DNA from: Monocercomonoides exilis PA203
Lineage: Eukaryota > Protista > Preaxostyla
Direction of reading: 5' to 3'
Length of the DNA stretch: 64,000 nucleotides
NCBI GenBank assembly: GCA_001643675.2
Contig: LSRY02000009.1
Coordinates: 806,001-870,000 of the forward strand
The notes under the pieces were generated by a model that was not told where the DNA came from, did not search any database, and was given only the letters and a program-made list of their open reading frames with translations. The position numbers and the translations under genes are program-made. This document shows, piece by piece, positions 35,109 to 47,477 of this stretch; positions within the stretch are counted from its first letter, which is position 1, and each line of letters begins with the position of its first letter.

Positions 35109-35971
35109 ATTAAACGTAACATTTCAAAAGCATTTAAAGGCTATAAATAATCAACAAAAAAACAACAAATTTCAAATTTAAAATATGGGCATATCACAAA
35201 TTTTTTTAAAGAGTGCTTGTTTAATGAGAGCAGTATCACATAAACATTAATATATTTGATGATATTGAATATGACAAGTTTTTTATCATTGATGTTTCAT
35301 TATTTAATAATGCAAAAACAGTTTTTGTTTAGAAATGCATTTTTTTTTTCTTCTTTCATTTTTTATTTGAGTTGCAATTTTCACTTAAATAACTTTCCGA
35401 ATATGAGTGTCTTTTCAATTTATTTTCTTTGATTATTTAAAGATGGAAATCGTCTTAATCGTTTCGAAAAAATAACTTTTTAAAAAAATTCAAAACTTTT
35501 ATCAAATAAAAAAGCTCTTATTTATTCATAAACTTTCATGAAAATAAATTGCGTTGAAGTGAACAAATATCAATAATATATCCCAACAAAATACAAATTA
35601 TTACTCTAATTAGAGAAAAGAAATAAAGGAGAACAAAATATAATCTAAAATGTCCAAACACAATTAGAAAATGGATAAATAAATAAAAAATTAAGCCGGA
35701 AAAAAATAAAAAATAAAAAAATATATAAAAATAAATAAAACTTCTGAAAAGAATTCGAAAGCATCGTCAATAAACATTCAATGCATTATCTTTAGGCATA
35801 ACGAATAGTGAAAAAATATTAAAAATTACCAATAAAAATTTAATATTTCCTCTTCAACTCCGAAACTTTCTTTTCTCTTGTTTTTTGCTTGCTTTCTTTC
35901 TTTCTTTCTTCTTCCTCCTCCTCGTCATCATCTTCAAAGCCATCACCTTCAAAATTCCATTTCTTTCTCCT

Positions 35972-36928
35972 TCAATTCTTAAACCTTTCTCCCTCAATCT
36001 CTTCTTCCCAATCAAATTCTTTGAACACATCCTGCTCAACTTCTTCTTCTTCTCCTCCTCCTCCTTCTCCTTCTTCTTCATTCCTCTCCTTCTTCCTCTG
36101 ATGCGACTTATTCTTCCTTTTGCCCTGCTTCTCCTTGTTTCTCTTCTCCTTTCTGCCTCTTTTGTGCCTATTTCTCTCAAATAACTCCTCCTCCTTCTCT
36201 TCAAATGAACCTTCACTCATTTTCTCTCTCTCCCTCTTTCCCTCTCTCTGCTGATGTCTGTGCTTCTTCTTACTATTTAGTTTATATTCTTCTTCTTCCT
36301 CTCCCTCTTCTCCTTCTTCCTCTTCTCCTTCTCCTTCCTCTTCTTCGCTTTCCATGTCCTTCTTCGTCTTCGTCTTCGTCTTCGCCTTCTTTTTCTCTTT
36401 TGATTTCTTTGACTTTTCTTTTCCCTTTCCCTTTCCCTTTTTCTTCTCCTTCTCCTTCTTTTTCTTCTTCATTTTCCTCTCTCTCTTTGAGTCACTTTCA
36501 TCTGCATGTGAAAGAGTGTTAGAAGATGTTGCATCTTCATCCATATTCATCACGTCAAACACATTTATATCCATCATCATCTTCATCTTCCCTGTTGCTA
36601 TTTCTCCTTCTTCTTCTCTTCCTTCTCTTCCTCTTCCTCCTTCTCCTTCTCCTTCATCATCATCATAATAATCGTCAAACGCACTTTCTTTTCCTCCAAT
36701 CTCAGATTTCGCCCTGTTTGCTGCCATATCGTCACTTGTCACGCTGTTTCGTGAGTAATCTGACGGAGCTTCTGCCATCATCTGAAATGAATTAGAACTA
36801 TTTGTAATATTTGATGCATTTAATCCATTTATTCCATTGTATGCATTCATTGAATTCATCTTATTCATTGCATTCGTTGCATTCATTGAATTTGGCACAT
36901 TCTCCATTCTTCTTATACTCTCTGGCAT
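35972..36928 (-). CDS. Low-complexity acidic/Lys-rich protein (probably the 3' part of a longer gene)
   Basis: 318-aa ORF with Asn/Met repeats then E/K tracts; frame stays open upstream to ~36995. Confidence 0.5.
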   Translation of the reverse strand: MPESIRRMENVPNSMNATNAMNKMNSMNAYNGINGLNASNITNSSNSFQMMAEAPSDYSRNSVTSDDMAANRAKSEIGGKESAFDDYYDDDEGEGEGGRGREGREEEGEIATGKMKMMMDINVFDVMNMDEDATSSNTLSHADESDSKRERKMKKKKKEKEKKKGKGKGKEKSKKSKEKKKAKTKTKTKKDMESEEEEGEGEEEEGEEGEEEEEYKLNSKKKHRHQQREGKREREKMSEGSFEEKEEELFERNRHKRGRKEKRNKEKQGKRKNKSHQRKKERNEEEGEGGGGEEEEVEQDVFKEFDWEEEIEGERFKN

Positions 36929-38960
36929 TTCTGCCTCTCCGTATTCTGTTTGGAATTGATCTCCTCCGCTTCCTTCTATTTTATCTATATCTTCACAATT
37001 CTATGCAACTCAAACACCGAACTGTTATGCATTAACTTCAAGAGAAAACAATAGAGAAATATCAAAAAGAACTCCTTCTTTCCAAGCATCGCAAAAAGAG
37101 CAGATAAAATTTACCAAAAAAACTTAAAAAATTATAAATTATGAAAATATACCGAAGGACAAACAATGATTTTCTTGTTTTGCTACTGTTGAGACTGGAA
37201 ACTTCAGAATCAAATTCAGTCTTCAAATGGAGGAGAAGGAAAGAAAAAGCACGAATAAAACAGAGTGAAATACGTTAAACAATAATAAGTATTTCTTACA
37301 ATTGTATTAAATTGCTTAAAGAAGTTTTTGATAAGAATATAAAAACATAATTATTAATCGTGAAACCAATGCAAATATTAATTATTCTGTTGATCTTCAA
37401 TTGTGAAATATCCTCATTTTCAGGATATACAAGGAATAAATAAATTATAGAAGGAAAACATCATGAAAAAGAGAATATAAAAAATTTCTTTTTTCAAAAT
37501 ACACATCAAGATCATTAAGATCATTTGAAAAAAGATATTTTTAATTCTATTTAAGAATTTATAACGAATTTGAACGTATATTATAAGCATGTGCAACATT
37601 AAGGAGAAAGAAAATACTCGCGGCAATCGACAATATTTGTATATAAAAAGATATATCAAATCTAATTCATGAAAATTATTTGAAATATGGAACACAGATT
37701 TGTATAATACTTGAAATCAATCATTCATATTGTTTTTCCATTTTCATCCACAGAATAAATACAAGTCATTTCTGTTTGATTCATATGACAAGTTTTTGAT
37801 TTTCACAAGAAAATTCATCTCATTTTCACTCATTTCATCGATTAACTAAATATTGCACAATTTTTCATAACAATAAAGAATTTGGTCATTTTTAAATTCC
37901 ATTTTTCATTAAAAATATTTCACTTTTTATCTTCTTTTCGTTGAAAATTCTGAAATAAAAAAGACATTCATGATAATTTTTAATTGCAATAAAGCCTGGA
38001 TGATTAATTGGTTTCAAATTTGATGAGCAACAATAAATAAATTCTGGTCTGATTTTCAAAAAGAACAGGCATGTTCAAAACTGTGGCCCAAAAAAAAAAA
38101 AAGAAAATTTGACTTTAAGTTTGTTAATTATTCTGTTAATTAAACAATGAATGAAATGTCATTCTCGAAATGAAACTTTAGAATAATATGATAGCATTAA
38201 AAACAACAAATTGTTTTCAGGGTTGGGCATGAAGCGATGAAAGAGAACGAGAACAATGAAACATGATCCGATGAGGCATCTCAAATCAAAACAAGAAAAG
38301 GACAAAGAAAAGAAAGAAAGTCAAAAAGAAATAAATGAAAAAAGAACCCCAAAAATATAATTTAGCAACATCATTCAATCAGATTAATAAAACAAATAGC
38401 ACGAAATCCACATTTAACAAATGAGAACAATTCAATTTCAAGAAAATGACACTGGGCAATTAAATAAAAGCACATTCACTTGCATAACTTCTGCTGAGAA
38501 ATGAGCTGCACTGAAGGAGCATTCATAGCAACAATATAAAAAAAGAAGGATAAAAAAAATGAAAAAAACAAACATAGCACAAAGAATCATGAATATGGGC
38601 TCCAATTCAAAAAAAGAAATTCAATGAAGCATATGAAGACACAAGAAAATGGAAAAGGTGGATGGATAAGGGATAACAAACACAAAACACACAGACAATT
38701 CTTCGAAAGAAAAGAAAAGCTCTCCTCTCCTTGTTGATATATCCCTAAAAAATGAGTGTGTGCATAAATTCATGTAATCTCCCAAACTCAACAGAAGAAG
38801 CTGGAAAAAAAAAAAAATACAATGCAAAGAAAAAGAAGAGAATGAAGAAAATGAGGAAGAAGAACTTCAGGCATCTCAAATGCTGCAGGATAAATACAAA
38901 GCAATTAATAATAAAATGTCTGCCTATATTTCCTAACTCTTTCTCAAAACATCAAAACTT

Positions 38961-41900
38961 CTAATTTCCCTTCTTTCTTTGTTCCTTCTCTGAAACCTTA
39001 CCTTCTTCATCATCTTCTCCCAAATCCTCCAATTCAAACTTATGATCGTCTTTCTTCTTTGTTGTTGATGCGTTTTCCTTCTGACTCTGTTTCAGTGTCA
39101 ATTCTCTTTTTTGCCTCTTCCTCGCCTTTTCCGCCTGCTTCCACCGATACATGCGCATCCACTCACTCACTCTCTTCCTTCGAACTCCAAATACAGCTGA
39201 CAGAACAGCCTTCGTGTCCTCATCAAATCTCTCACGTTTCCTCCTTTTCTCTTCATCCACTTTCCTTTCTTCTTCATTTTCTTTACGTGAAGAAGAAGAA
39301 GAAGAAGAAGAAGTATTTTTCTTCAAAAATTGAAGATGCATTTCACTCTGCATATCAAATTCAGGCACCTCCTTTCTCTCTTCCTCTTCTTCCTGTTCAT
39401 TCTCCCTCTCTTCTCCTTCTTCCTTCTCTTCACAGAGCACCTTCATCATCTCCACTAATGCTGGCTTAAGTTTCCCTTTCTCTGCTCCTTTCTCTCCACA
39501 AACACTCTGAAGAGCCACAATCGGTGGCATCAGCAGAAACGGCACCATCTCCCCAACTTCTCCTTCACACTGTTCGAAAGGAGATTGTTGAGAAAGCAGA
39601 TCAATCCATGGGGAATCCTTCATCTCCTTTGTTATTTCTTCCTTTGAGTGCTCATATAACAAAGTTGAGGGAAATGTTGTTGCAGAAGAAGGTGATGTTG
39701 AGGATGACGATGAAAGATGAGATGATGAAAGATGCGGCAGAAAAGTTCCATTATCGAGAGATAAAGCACTTGAAGAAATAGAAGTGCTTGTGGAGTCTTG
39801 TCTTTGAGTCATTTGTGTGTCTGACATATTTGAATAAGAAGTTGATTGATTCTCCTTCTCCATTCTGCGCCTAGCCATCTCTATCATTTCTTCATTCCCA
39901 AAGAATTTCAGTATTCGCCATGCTTCCATCGGAACCTTCACAACAGGCGGGAATCTCAGCTCTTCCCATTGAATCAAAGCACAAATTGTTGATTGAGCAT
40001 CAGATTGCTCTTGCTGTTCAAGTTTCTGTTCATTTTGGATTTCATCATCATCTTCTTCCTCTTCTTCTTCTTCTTCCTCTTCTTCCTCTTCTTCCTCTTC
40101 TTCCTCCTCGCTTGCTCCAATTCTCGTTTCCTCCTTTCTCTTTCTGTTCCACTTCTCCAAAACAATCTCTTCTCCTCTTTCTGCATCTCCCTCCATCTCT
40201 TTCCTCCACCATCTCACCCAGCTCCCTTCCCCTTCCTTTTCCTGCATTCTCTCCAACTTCCCAATCTTCCCAGTAAGCCAATGCAACCTCTTTAGCATTC
40301 TCCCTTTCTCTTCGCACTCCTTCCTCTTCTCACATTCCTCCATCAACCTCTCAAATTCCCTCAAAACTCCCCTTCTGCTGTGTCCGCTATCATCTTGTTT
40401 TTCTTCCTCCTCTTCCCCCTCTTCTTCCTCTTCCTCTTCCTCTTCCTCTTCCTCTTCCTCATCTTCCTCATTCTCATCCCCCACAAACAGATCATCTCCT
40501 TCCACTCTCTTTATCCTCTCCAGCACTCCTGACTCTTCCCATAACATTCCACACACACGCATCAGCTCCCACGCCCCAGCCTCGCCCAGCGCTCCCACCG
40601 CCTCTGAGAACGGAATCACTCGTATCCCTTTCATTTTCCCTTCAACTTTCCCTCCTCCTCCTCCTCCTTCTCTTTCCATCTCTTCCATTTCAGGCAGATA
40701 CACAAACAGCCTCCAGAACAGCGTGTGTAGCTTAACAATATCACTCGGAATGCTCTTCAATGGCATTACCCGAACTTCACTCAAATCTTTGCTGTTTCCG
40801 TTCACTCTGCTTGGCATTGTCCCCATGTCCACTCCAAACACAAGCTGATGCATTTCAAATGGCAAACAGGCAGTCTTCACAGAAAGTGCTGTCTTTCTCT
40901 TTTCGCCCTCTGAGCTGTTTGTGTGTGTGCCCCTCTCCCCATATGCCTCCACATCCATCCACTTCTTCACACACTCCAGTGCCATTCGGGTGCTCTGCAC
41001 CAAAAGTGGATGCAGTCGCTCTCCTCTGAAACACACCCCCCGCACAGCCATCTCATCCCATCTGCTCTTCTCTTCAGCTCCCTTCGCCTTCTCTCTTTCT
41101 CTTCCGCCTTCTGCTGCCATCCCCTGCATTGCACACGCAAACTCTGCCACCAGCATTTGGAACACCTCCGATGCAAATCCATCTGCACAAATGGAACTTT
41201 CATTACCAGTTCTCATTTCGTCTTCTTCTTCTTCTTTATCTTCTTCTTCTTCTTCTTCTTCTATAACTTCTCCTCTCTTCTCAGCAGTTTCATTCAAAAC
41301 AGAGCTTCCCCCCAAACAGAAGTATCCATCTGCTTTTCTTTGCCCTCTCATTTCTGTTCCTCCTCCTCCTTCTTCTTCTTCTTCTTCTTCCTTTACCCCT
41401 TCCTCTTCATTGAGGCAATATTCTGGTACTACACTGGCACAAACTTCTTCCTCTCCCAAAATATCTCCCAAATCAGCTGATTCCATTAGAAGAGTCTTGT
41501 CTTCCTGTTCTTCTTCTTCTTCTTCAAAATGACAATGTGATTGTCTTATCTCTTCTATTTCTTCTTCTTCTTCTTTTGTATCTTCTTTTGTGTCTGTAGC
41601 TCTTCTGTCTGGTTCTTTCCATCTTCTCCCGTCAAAACAGCAGAATGTCCCAATCTCTTCTTCCTCCCCCTTTTCGCTCTCAATTCTGCTCAAATCTTCT
41701 TCTGCCAGAAAAACACGCCTCCTCATTCCCTTCTTTCCTCTCTCTCTTCTCTCTCTTCTCTCTTTCCCCTTCCTTCCCCGCACTTCCCCTTTATCCACAT
41801 GCCTCCTCTCCTCCATCGTAGCCTTCAGCAGCACCGCCATCCCCTTCGTCCTCTTCTTCATCTTCTCTTCATGTCTCTCAAAAGCCTTCTTCGCCTTCTC

Positions 41901-43751
41901 TTCATTCAGTTTATCTCTTTCTCTTTCTCTTTCTCTTTCTCTTCTTCTTCTTCTTGAACAAGAGACATGCTTGTTTGATGGGAAATATTCATCTTTTGGC
42001 TCATCTGCCATTTGCATTGAATCTTCTGACTGAACAGATGAAGCACAAACAGCGCAATCAGAAGATGAAGCTGAAGCAGAAAAAGAAGCAGAAGCAGAAG
42101 CAGAAGAAGAAGAAGAAGCAGAAGAAGAAGAAGAAGAAGAAGAAGAAGAAGAAGAAGAAGAAGCAGAAGAAGAAGAAGAAGAAGAAGAAGAAGAAGAAGA
42201 AGAAGCAGAAGAAGAAGGCGAAGAAGATGTTCGTTCATTAGGAGGATTCCTTGAAGAAGAAGGAGATGTTGTTGTTGTTGTTGAGGTGTGTGTTTGTGTC
42301 TGCTGACTCTGCAGGAGAAGCTGATGTTGTGTGCTGTCTGGCTGAGGAGGAGCCAACAGAGCTTCTTCTTCCTCTTCTTCTTCTTCTCCCTCATCTCCTC
42401 TGGCTCTTCTGGATGCTCCTCCACTCTGCAGTGAAGAAGACGCATTCCAATCTGAATGAAGACGGTTAAGATGGCTGTGTCCATTGCTCGTCTGAGGTGA
42501 AGATGTCTGTGTGTGTGCTGGCTGTTGTGTGTCATCTGTCTCATTCGCCTCTTCGCCTTTTCCTTTGAGCGCATTCTTTTTCATCCTTTTCGTGTTTATT
42601 TTCATTTTCATTTTCCTTCTTCCTTTCTTCGTTCTCTCCCTTCTCATCTGACATCTTCCCCTCACTGCGACAACCCCTCCTTCTCCCCACAAACCATCCT
42701 CTTCTGCTATTCCTCCACAAAAACTCCACAAATCTATCGGTTCTGACCCCTCACTCGAAATCTCTTCTTCTTCTTCTTCTTCTTCTTCTTCTTCTTCTTC
42801 AAAGATGCATCCAATCATCTTCATCTTCTCCATTTTCGCTTTTTCCATCCATTTTTCTGCTTCCCTCACAGTTTCTGCTGTTCTGCCTTTGTCCAACCAG
42901 CCTTCTTCTCTTCTCTTTTGCTCTTTTGCAACAAAAGATGCATTATTTTCATCTGGCAGAGCAGATGAATCCAAATAAGTTAAATGAAATGAGGTCAAAG
43001 AAGAAGATGATGATGCTGGTGATATCTTTCCTATTCTTCCATTCTCCTCTTCCTCTTCCATTTTCCCCGTATTTTGCCTGCAGTCCGCTCCCAAATCCTC
43101 TTCTGGTTGTATTTTTCCCTTCCTTTCTGCCTTCTGATCTTTCCTCAAACTTTTTTCGTCTTCCCTTTTCTTTCCCTTTTTCCTACCCTGAATCTTCCCT
43201 TTCCCTCCATCTGTATGTTCATTTCCTTCAATTTCCTTTCCTCTGCCGCTTTCTTCCTGGGCCATTAATTCCCTTGGCTTACCAAAAAATCCAATATCTT
43301 TATATTTATAAGACTTACAACGCTGCTTATCGTAATTTTTCTCTGCCTTTTTCCGCCTCACCATTTCGCTTTTCCCTTCATTTCCCCCTTTCCCAAGCCC
43401 ATCCTCAAACCTTACTCTGCTCCTTTCCTTTTCCAGCCCTGTTTCATTTTGTTTATTTCCCTCTCCATTTTTTTCTTCTTCCATCGGCTTTCCTTCCCTC
43501 TCTCTGCACACACAAAAATCCTTCTTCAACACTTCTGCTCTTTTCTGTTCCCCAGTCTGCTGATCTGACTCTTCCTGCTGCTCTTTTCTGTCCCTTTTCA
43601 TCCAAAATACACGCCTCTGATCAGACGGATCTTCCGCCTTGCCTGCCTCTTCACCCTCTTCTTCTCCGACTCCGCTATCAGGCGCTGCTAACTGTGCTGT
43701 CTGCGATCCTCTTGCTGCATCCGATCGGATTTTAATTTTCTTTTTCATCAT
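38961..43751 (-). CDS. 1596-aa low-complexity protein (poly-E, poly-S) with interspersed helical globular segments; 5' region up to ~44340 appears disrupted
   Basis: 4.8-kb uninterrupted ORF; no family recognised. Confidence 0.75.
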   Translation of the reverse strand: MMKKKIKIRSDAARGSQTAQLAAPDSGVGEEEGEEAGKAEDPSDQRRVFWMKRDRKEQQEESDQQTGEQKRAEVLKKDFCVCREREGKPMEEEKNGEGNKQNETGLEKERSRVRFEDGLGKGGNEGKSEMVRRKKAEKNYDKQRCKSYKYKDIGFFGKPRELMAQEESGRGKEIEGNEHTDGGKGKIQGRKKGKKREDEKSLRKDQKAERKGKIQPEEDLGADCRQNTGKMEEEEENGRIGKISPASSSSSLTSFHLTYLDSSALPDENNASFVAKEQKRREEGWLDKGRTAETVREAEKWMEKAKMEKMKMIGCIFEEEEEEEEEEEEEISSEGSEPIDLWSFCGGIAEEDGLWGEGGVVAVRGRCQMRRERTKKGRRKMKMKINTKRMKKNALKGKGEEANETDDTQQPAHTQTSSPQTSNGHSHLNRLHSDWNASSSLQSGGASRRARGDEGEEEEEEEEALLAPPQPDSTQHQLLLQSQQTQTHTSTTTTTSPSSSRNPPNERTSSSPSSSASSSSSSSSSSSSSASSSSSSSSSSSSSSASSSSSASASASFSASASSSDCAVCASSVQSEDSMQMADEPKDEYFPSNKHVSCSRRRRRERERERERDKLNEEKAKKAFERHEEKMKKRTKGMAVLLKATMEERRHVDKGEVRGRKGKERRERRERGKKGMRRRVFLAEEDLSRIESEKGEEEEIGTFCCFDGRRWKEPDRRATDTKEDTKEEEEEIEEIRQSHCHFEEEEEEQEDKTLLMESADLGDILGEEEVCASVVPEYCLNEEEGVKEEEEEEEGGGGTEMRGQRKADGYFCLGGSSVLNETAEKRGEVIEEEEEEEDKEEEEDEMRTGNESSICADGFASEVFQMLVAEFACAMQGMAAEGGREREKAKGAEEKSRWDEMAVRGVCFRGERLHPLLVQSTRMALECVKKWMDVEAYGERGTHTNSSEGEKRKTALSVKTACLPFEMHQLVFGVDMGTMPSRVNGNSKDLSEVRVMPLKSIPSDIVKLHTLFWRLFVYLPEMEEMEREGGGGGGKVEGKMKGIRVIPFSEAVGALGEAGAWELMRVCGMLWEESGVLERIKRVEGDDLFVGDENEEDEEEEEEEEEEEEEEGEEEEEKQDDSGHSRRGVLREFERLMEECEKRKECEEKGRMLKRLHWLTGKIGKLERMQEKEGEGSWVRWWRKEMEGDAERGEEIVLEKWNRKRKEETRIGASEEEEEEEEEEEEEEEEEEEDDDEIQNEQKLEQQEQSDAQSTICALIQWEELRFPPVVKVPMEAWRILKFFGNEEMIEMARRRMEKENQSTSYSNMSDTQMTQRQDSTSTSISSSALSLDNGTFLPHLSSSHLSSSSSTSPSSATTFPSTLLYEHSKEEITKEMKDSPWIDLLSQQSPFEQCEGEVGEMVPFLLMPPIVALQSVCGEKGAEKGKLKPALVEMMKVLCEEKEEGEERENEQEEEEERKEVPEFDMQSEMHLQFLKKNTSSSSSSSSRKENEEERKVDEEKRRKRERFDEDTKAVLSAVFGVRRKRVSEWMRMYRWKQAEKARKRQKRELTLKQSQKENASTTKKKDDHKFELEDLGEDDEEGKVSEKEQRKKGN

Positions 43752-44388
43752 CGATCTTGCTCTGTAATAAGTTGTTAAGCCAAATTAAACATTTTTTCAT
43801 TCGATTTTTAATTCGATTTATCTCCTCTCTGCCTTCATCAAACCAAATGAAATACAAGGAAACATGGTTGTTTCATAGGAAAAGGTCTGTTTGGCTGTTT
43901 CTGCCTTGTTTTCTATCTTTTCTGTTGTTTGTCTATTGTCTTGAAAACTCCAATTCCACTTGTGCTTCCGATGAATGGTCGTTTCCAAAAGGAACGGATA
44001 AAATGTGTATTTATCAGTGTTTGCTAAATTCGCATTGTTTGCCTATTACTTCGTTATAATCATGACTTTAACATTCGTTTCTATCAATTTTCAGCTGGGA
44101 ATTTTTCATGTGCTTATTCTACCATGCAGCGCAATTGGGCATCGTAGGACATGATTTTTACTGGTATTTTTATACTGCGGAGATATCTGATAAGCACAAT
44201 CTGAACTCGAATGGAAATTTTGAATTTCTTTTTGGTTCCTAAGGGCCAACTACAAAGTCTAGCATGCTTATTTCAGCACAATTCGTTTTACGCCATCTAA
44301 TTGTACCTGTACCAGCAATATTGAGCGTCTCAGTTGCCATTTTTTTAAAAAGCAAAAAATTACAAAAACGCTTCTGCTACGCTGAGAA

Positions 44389-45090
44389 ATGCCTGAAAGG
44401 CTTCAAAATTTCGTGAGACTATTAAAAATACATATGTACAAACCAGATAGAAGTTTGCTATATTCGTATTTCCCTGGTTATTTGCAAAATACGAAAACAG
44501 AAAAAGGGGATATTTGGAATAATGCTTTGCAAAACAACAATTTTTGGATTGCAAAAAATGTTCCAAAAACGTTGCTCTTTTTGGTATGTATTTTGAGCGG
44601 TGCTCATTGGATGGGATTCAATTGATTTCATTTTCAGATGAGAAAGTTATGGTGCTTATCAAATTATTTCAAATTCATTCTGCTCCCTCTTGAATGACAT
44701 GACGCCTCTCTCCTTTCTCCTTCGTGCTTTTGATGCAATTTGCAAAGGAAAATCAGGTGTAGATATTTTTTGATGACTTGGCTGCCTTGGACGCAGGTAA
44801 TTTCAAAAAACCAAATAATTGTGGTTTTTGGGCAGTGCATTTTGCGAATGGTCTAGCTATATTAATATTGACATTTCAAAAGCAAATGCACATAAAAGGC
44901 ATTGCATGCAATTAGTTTATTTTCTCTGAAGTTTCGAGTTGTGGTTCTGTTCATCAAGTCACGAATGAATTCATTTCCTATCCATTATTCCAGCGCATAA
45001 GCGACTTTCATACGTGAAAATGGAATGCATGCCTTCAATTTATGCATTTTGAAAGATGTTGCACTTTCTCATGCGCAACAACTCGGTTAT
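44389..45090 (+). pseudogene. Intron-containing degenerate gene, divergent from the 1596-aa gene
   Basis: GTATGT...TTTTCAG intron at ~44584-44637; downstream frames contain stops. Confidence 0.35.
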
Positions 45091-46350
45091 TTTGGCAAAT
45101 GATATTTTGATGGGAAAATACTTATTTTCATTTCAGAAAAATCAACAATGGAAGATAAATATATCAAAACATTCTGGTATGTTTTCTTTGCATTAATAAT
45201 TTTATTATTTATCCTTTTTTTATCAACGAAACTGCAAGTTTTTGAGCAAAACTTAAGTAATAATATATTTTCAGTCACAGTTTTGAGAGGGCTAATTTTA
45301 TTGCATAACCTGCGATATCTGCTCATTTTGAAGAGATTTGACATTGGAGCTTATGGAGCTGATTTAAGCGCTTATTTTCAATTCTTATAATTCAAGTAAT
45401 TACTACCTTCAATTCATTTAAATTTGCTTGAGCAAATTGAAGATGAGAGACTTTCTATAGTTTTCTTTTTCATGCTGCTATTTGTGAGCACGGAATTGTA
45501 GCTATCTTGGAAGATGCAATGTATTTGTTGGATGAGAGAAAATGAAAGTTTATTGTTGACTTTTTTATTTGAAAAGTTCCAAAGAGAAATTTATTTTTCA
45601 TTATTTTTGAATTTTCTTGGGTCTTTTGCTCATTACCGAGCTTGTCTTTATTTTTATCTGGAGCTTTCAATTTAAAGTGAAACTCTTTCTCATTTCCAAT
45701 TGTTTCGCAACATCCTCATAAATTTGTTTTTAAAAAAATCACAAATTATATTTTCTTTTTCGTTTCTTTTAGACTGTCTTCAGTTTGATGTTCTCTTAAA
45801 AAAAAAAAAAAAAGAAAAGAAAAGAAAGAAAAAAAAGAAAAACTTAACGCAAGCCTTTTCTTTCAACAGACACTATTCTCTAAAAATTTCCTTGTTGCAA
45901 GGGCCTTCTATTGGATGAAATGTGAAATGATTTATAATTTTTGAAATAACCTTTTAATTCTGAGTTTTTCAAAGGGTATTTGAGTTTTTCTTTAACTTTT
46001 CGAAAATAATTGGTCTTGTTGAGTTTACAATAAATTATGCACATATTATTGGAAAATTGACATAATATCGGACATAACAATATGATTATTTTTGAAGTTA
46101 TCTCGATTCATAATGAAGCTTTATTAACTTTTTTGTTAATAAATAAAACAAAAATTTTGAAAATGAATTATTAATTTTCTCAAAAAATGTGATAGTGAGT
46201 GATATTATTTTTTTCAAAAAAAAAAAGAAAAAAATAAAAAAATTCAAAAAAATATTATTTGTTCTTCATCTGTCAAATGCGATGCATTAGCTCCATCAGA
46301 AACACAGAGGATACTGCTTTTGTCATCAGATTCCACATCTGACGATTCTA

Positions 46351-47477
46351 CACCATTTATTATTCGATTTTGGTAAACTAATTATTCAAAGTTGTTAAAC
46401 TAATAACTCAAAATTGGTCAACTGATTATTCAAAATTGGTCAACTGGGGGGAAATATTGATTTTCAAGCTTTTTTTGCACTAAGCCTAAAATAATTGTTT
46501 CACTCATAACATTTTTGAACTTTATCAGTTTTCAAAATAAATTTGATTTTCATATCCTAAAACAGACATCATTGAAATCAAAACATAAAGAATAGCGACA
46601 TTTCACGAATGCCAAAAAATGCACCCATTTTTATTGTGTTTAATGGTCTCAAATAGTCAATGAAAAGTGCATAATTTTTCAATGAAAATGCTTTAAGTGA
46701 AATATTTTGTCCCAACTAATTATTCAAAATTAATAAACTTATTATTCAAAATTGGTCAACTAATTATTCAAAATTTATAAAATCCAGTATTTTTTAAAAA
46801 AAATTTTTTGATATAATAAGATCACTGGTTAAGTGTCAGAAAGCGATTAAAATGTTTTGTTTTTTCATTATTCTTAAAAGGGATGAAAAATTGAACCCCG
46901 ATTTTTATTATTTGTGAATAAACATGAAATTTTCTGATTTTTCAGAAAAAAATCATCATCATGGAATTAGGATAATTTTTGAATTATTTCACCTCACATC
47001 GATAAATAATGTGAAATTTAATCAAGAAAAGTTATTTGCATCAGTTTTTCAAACAAAATACAAATATTTTTTGGAACTGAATAAATCTGCTAATACACTT
47101 TTGAAAATCTTCAATTGTTTTTTATTGTTCATCTTAATATATTTTAATTTCAATAACTTTTCTTGATTGAATTTCACATTATTTATCGATGTGAGGTGAA
47201 ATAATTCAAAAATTATCCTAATTCCATGATGATGATTTTTTTCTGAAAAATCAGAAAATTTCATGTTTATTCACAAATAATAAAAATCGGGGTTCAATTT
47301 TTCATCCCTTTTAAGAATAATGAAAAAACAAAACATTTTAATCGCTTTCTGACACTTAACCAGTGATCTTATTATATCAAAAAATTTTTTTTAAAAAATA
47401 CTGGATTTTATAAATTTTGAATAATTAGTTGACCAATTTTGAATAATAAGTTTTCCAAACTTGAATAATAAATGGTG
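46351..47477. mobile_element. Non-autonomous foldback element, TA TSD (Tc1/mariner-superfamily style), long TIRs with 22-bp subrepeats
   Basis: TA|CACCATTTATTATTC...GAATAATAAATGGTG|TA; 302-bp inverted arms 46735-47036 and 47152-47453 with 1 mismatch seen; 115-bp spacer. Confidence 0.9.
46446..46713 (+). mobile_element. MITE family B (268 bp), copy 1, TSD AACT
   Basis: aact|GGGGGGAAATATT...AATATTTTGTCCC|aact; homologous to 53846-54113 and 54121-54388. Confidence 0.85.

Noticed and set aside
44100-44340. Zinc-finger/Trm13-like N-terminus upstream of the 1596-aa ORF
   Set aside because: Cys/His residues fall in different frames and the spacing does not fit.
46351-46780. 22-bp repeats as a CRISPR array or telomeric repeat
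   Set aside because: Directly tandem without spacers and part of a TIR.
46924-47264. Two ORFs starting MKFSDFSEKNHHHG as duplicated genes
   Set aside because: Mirror translations of the palindrome arms.
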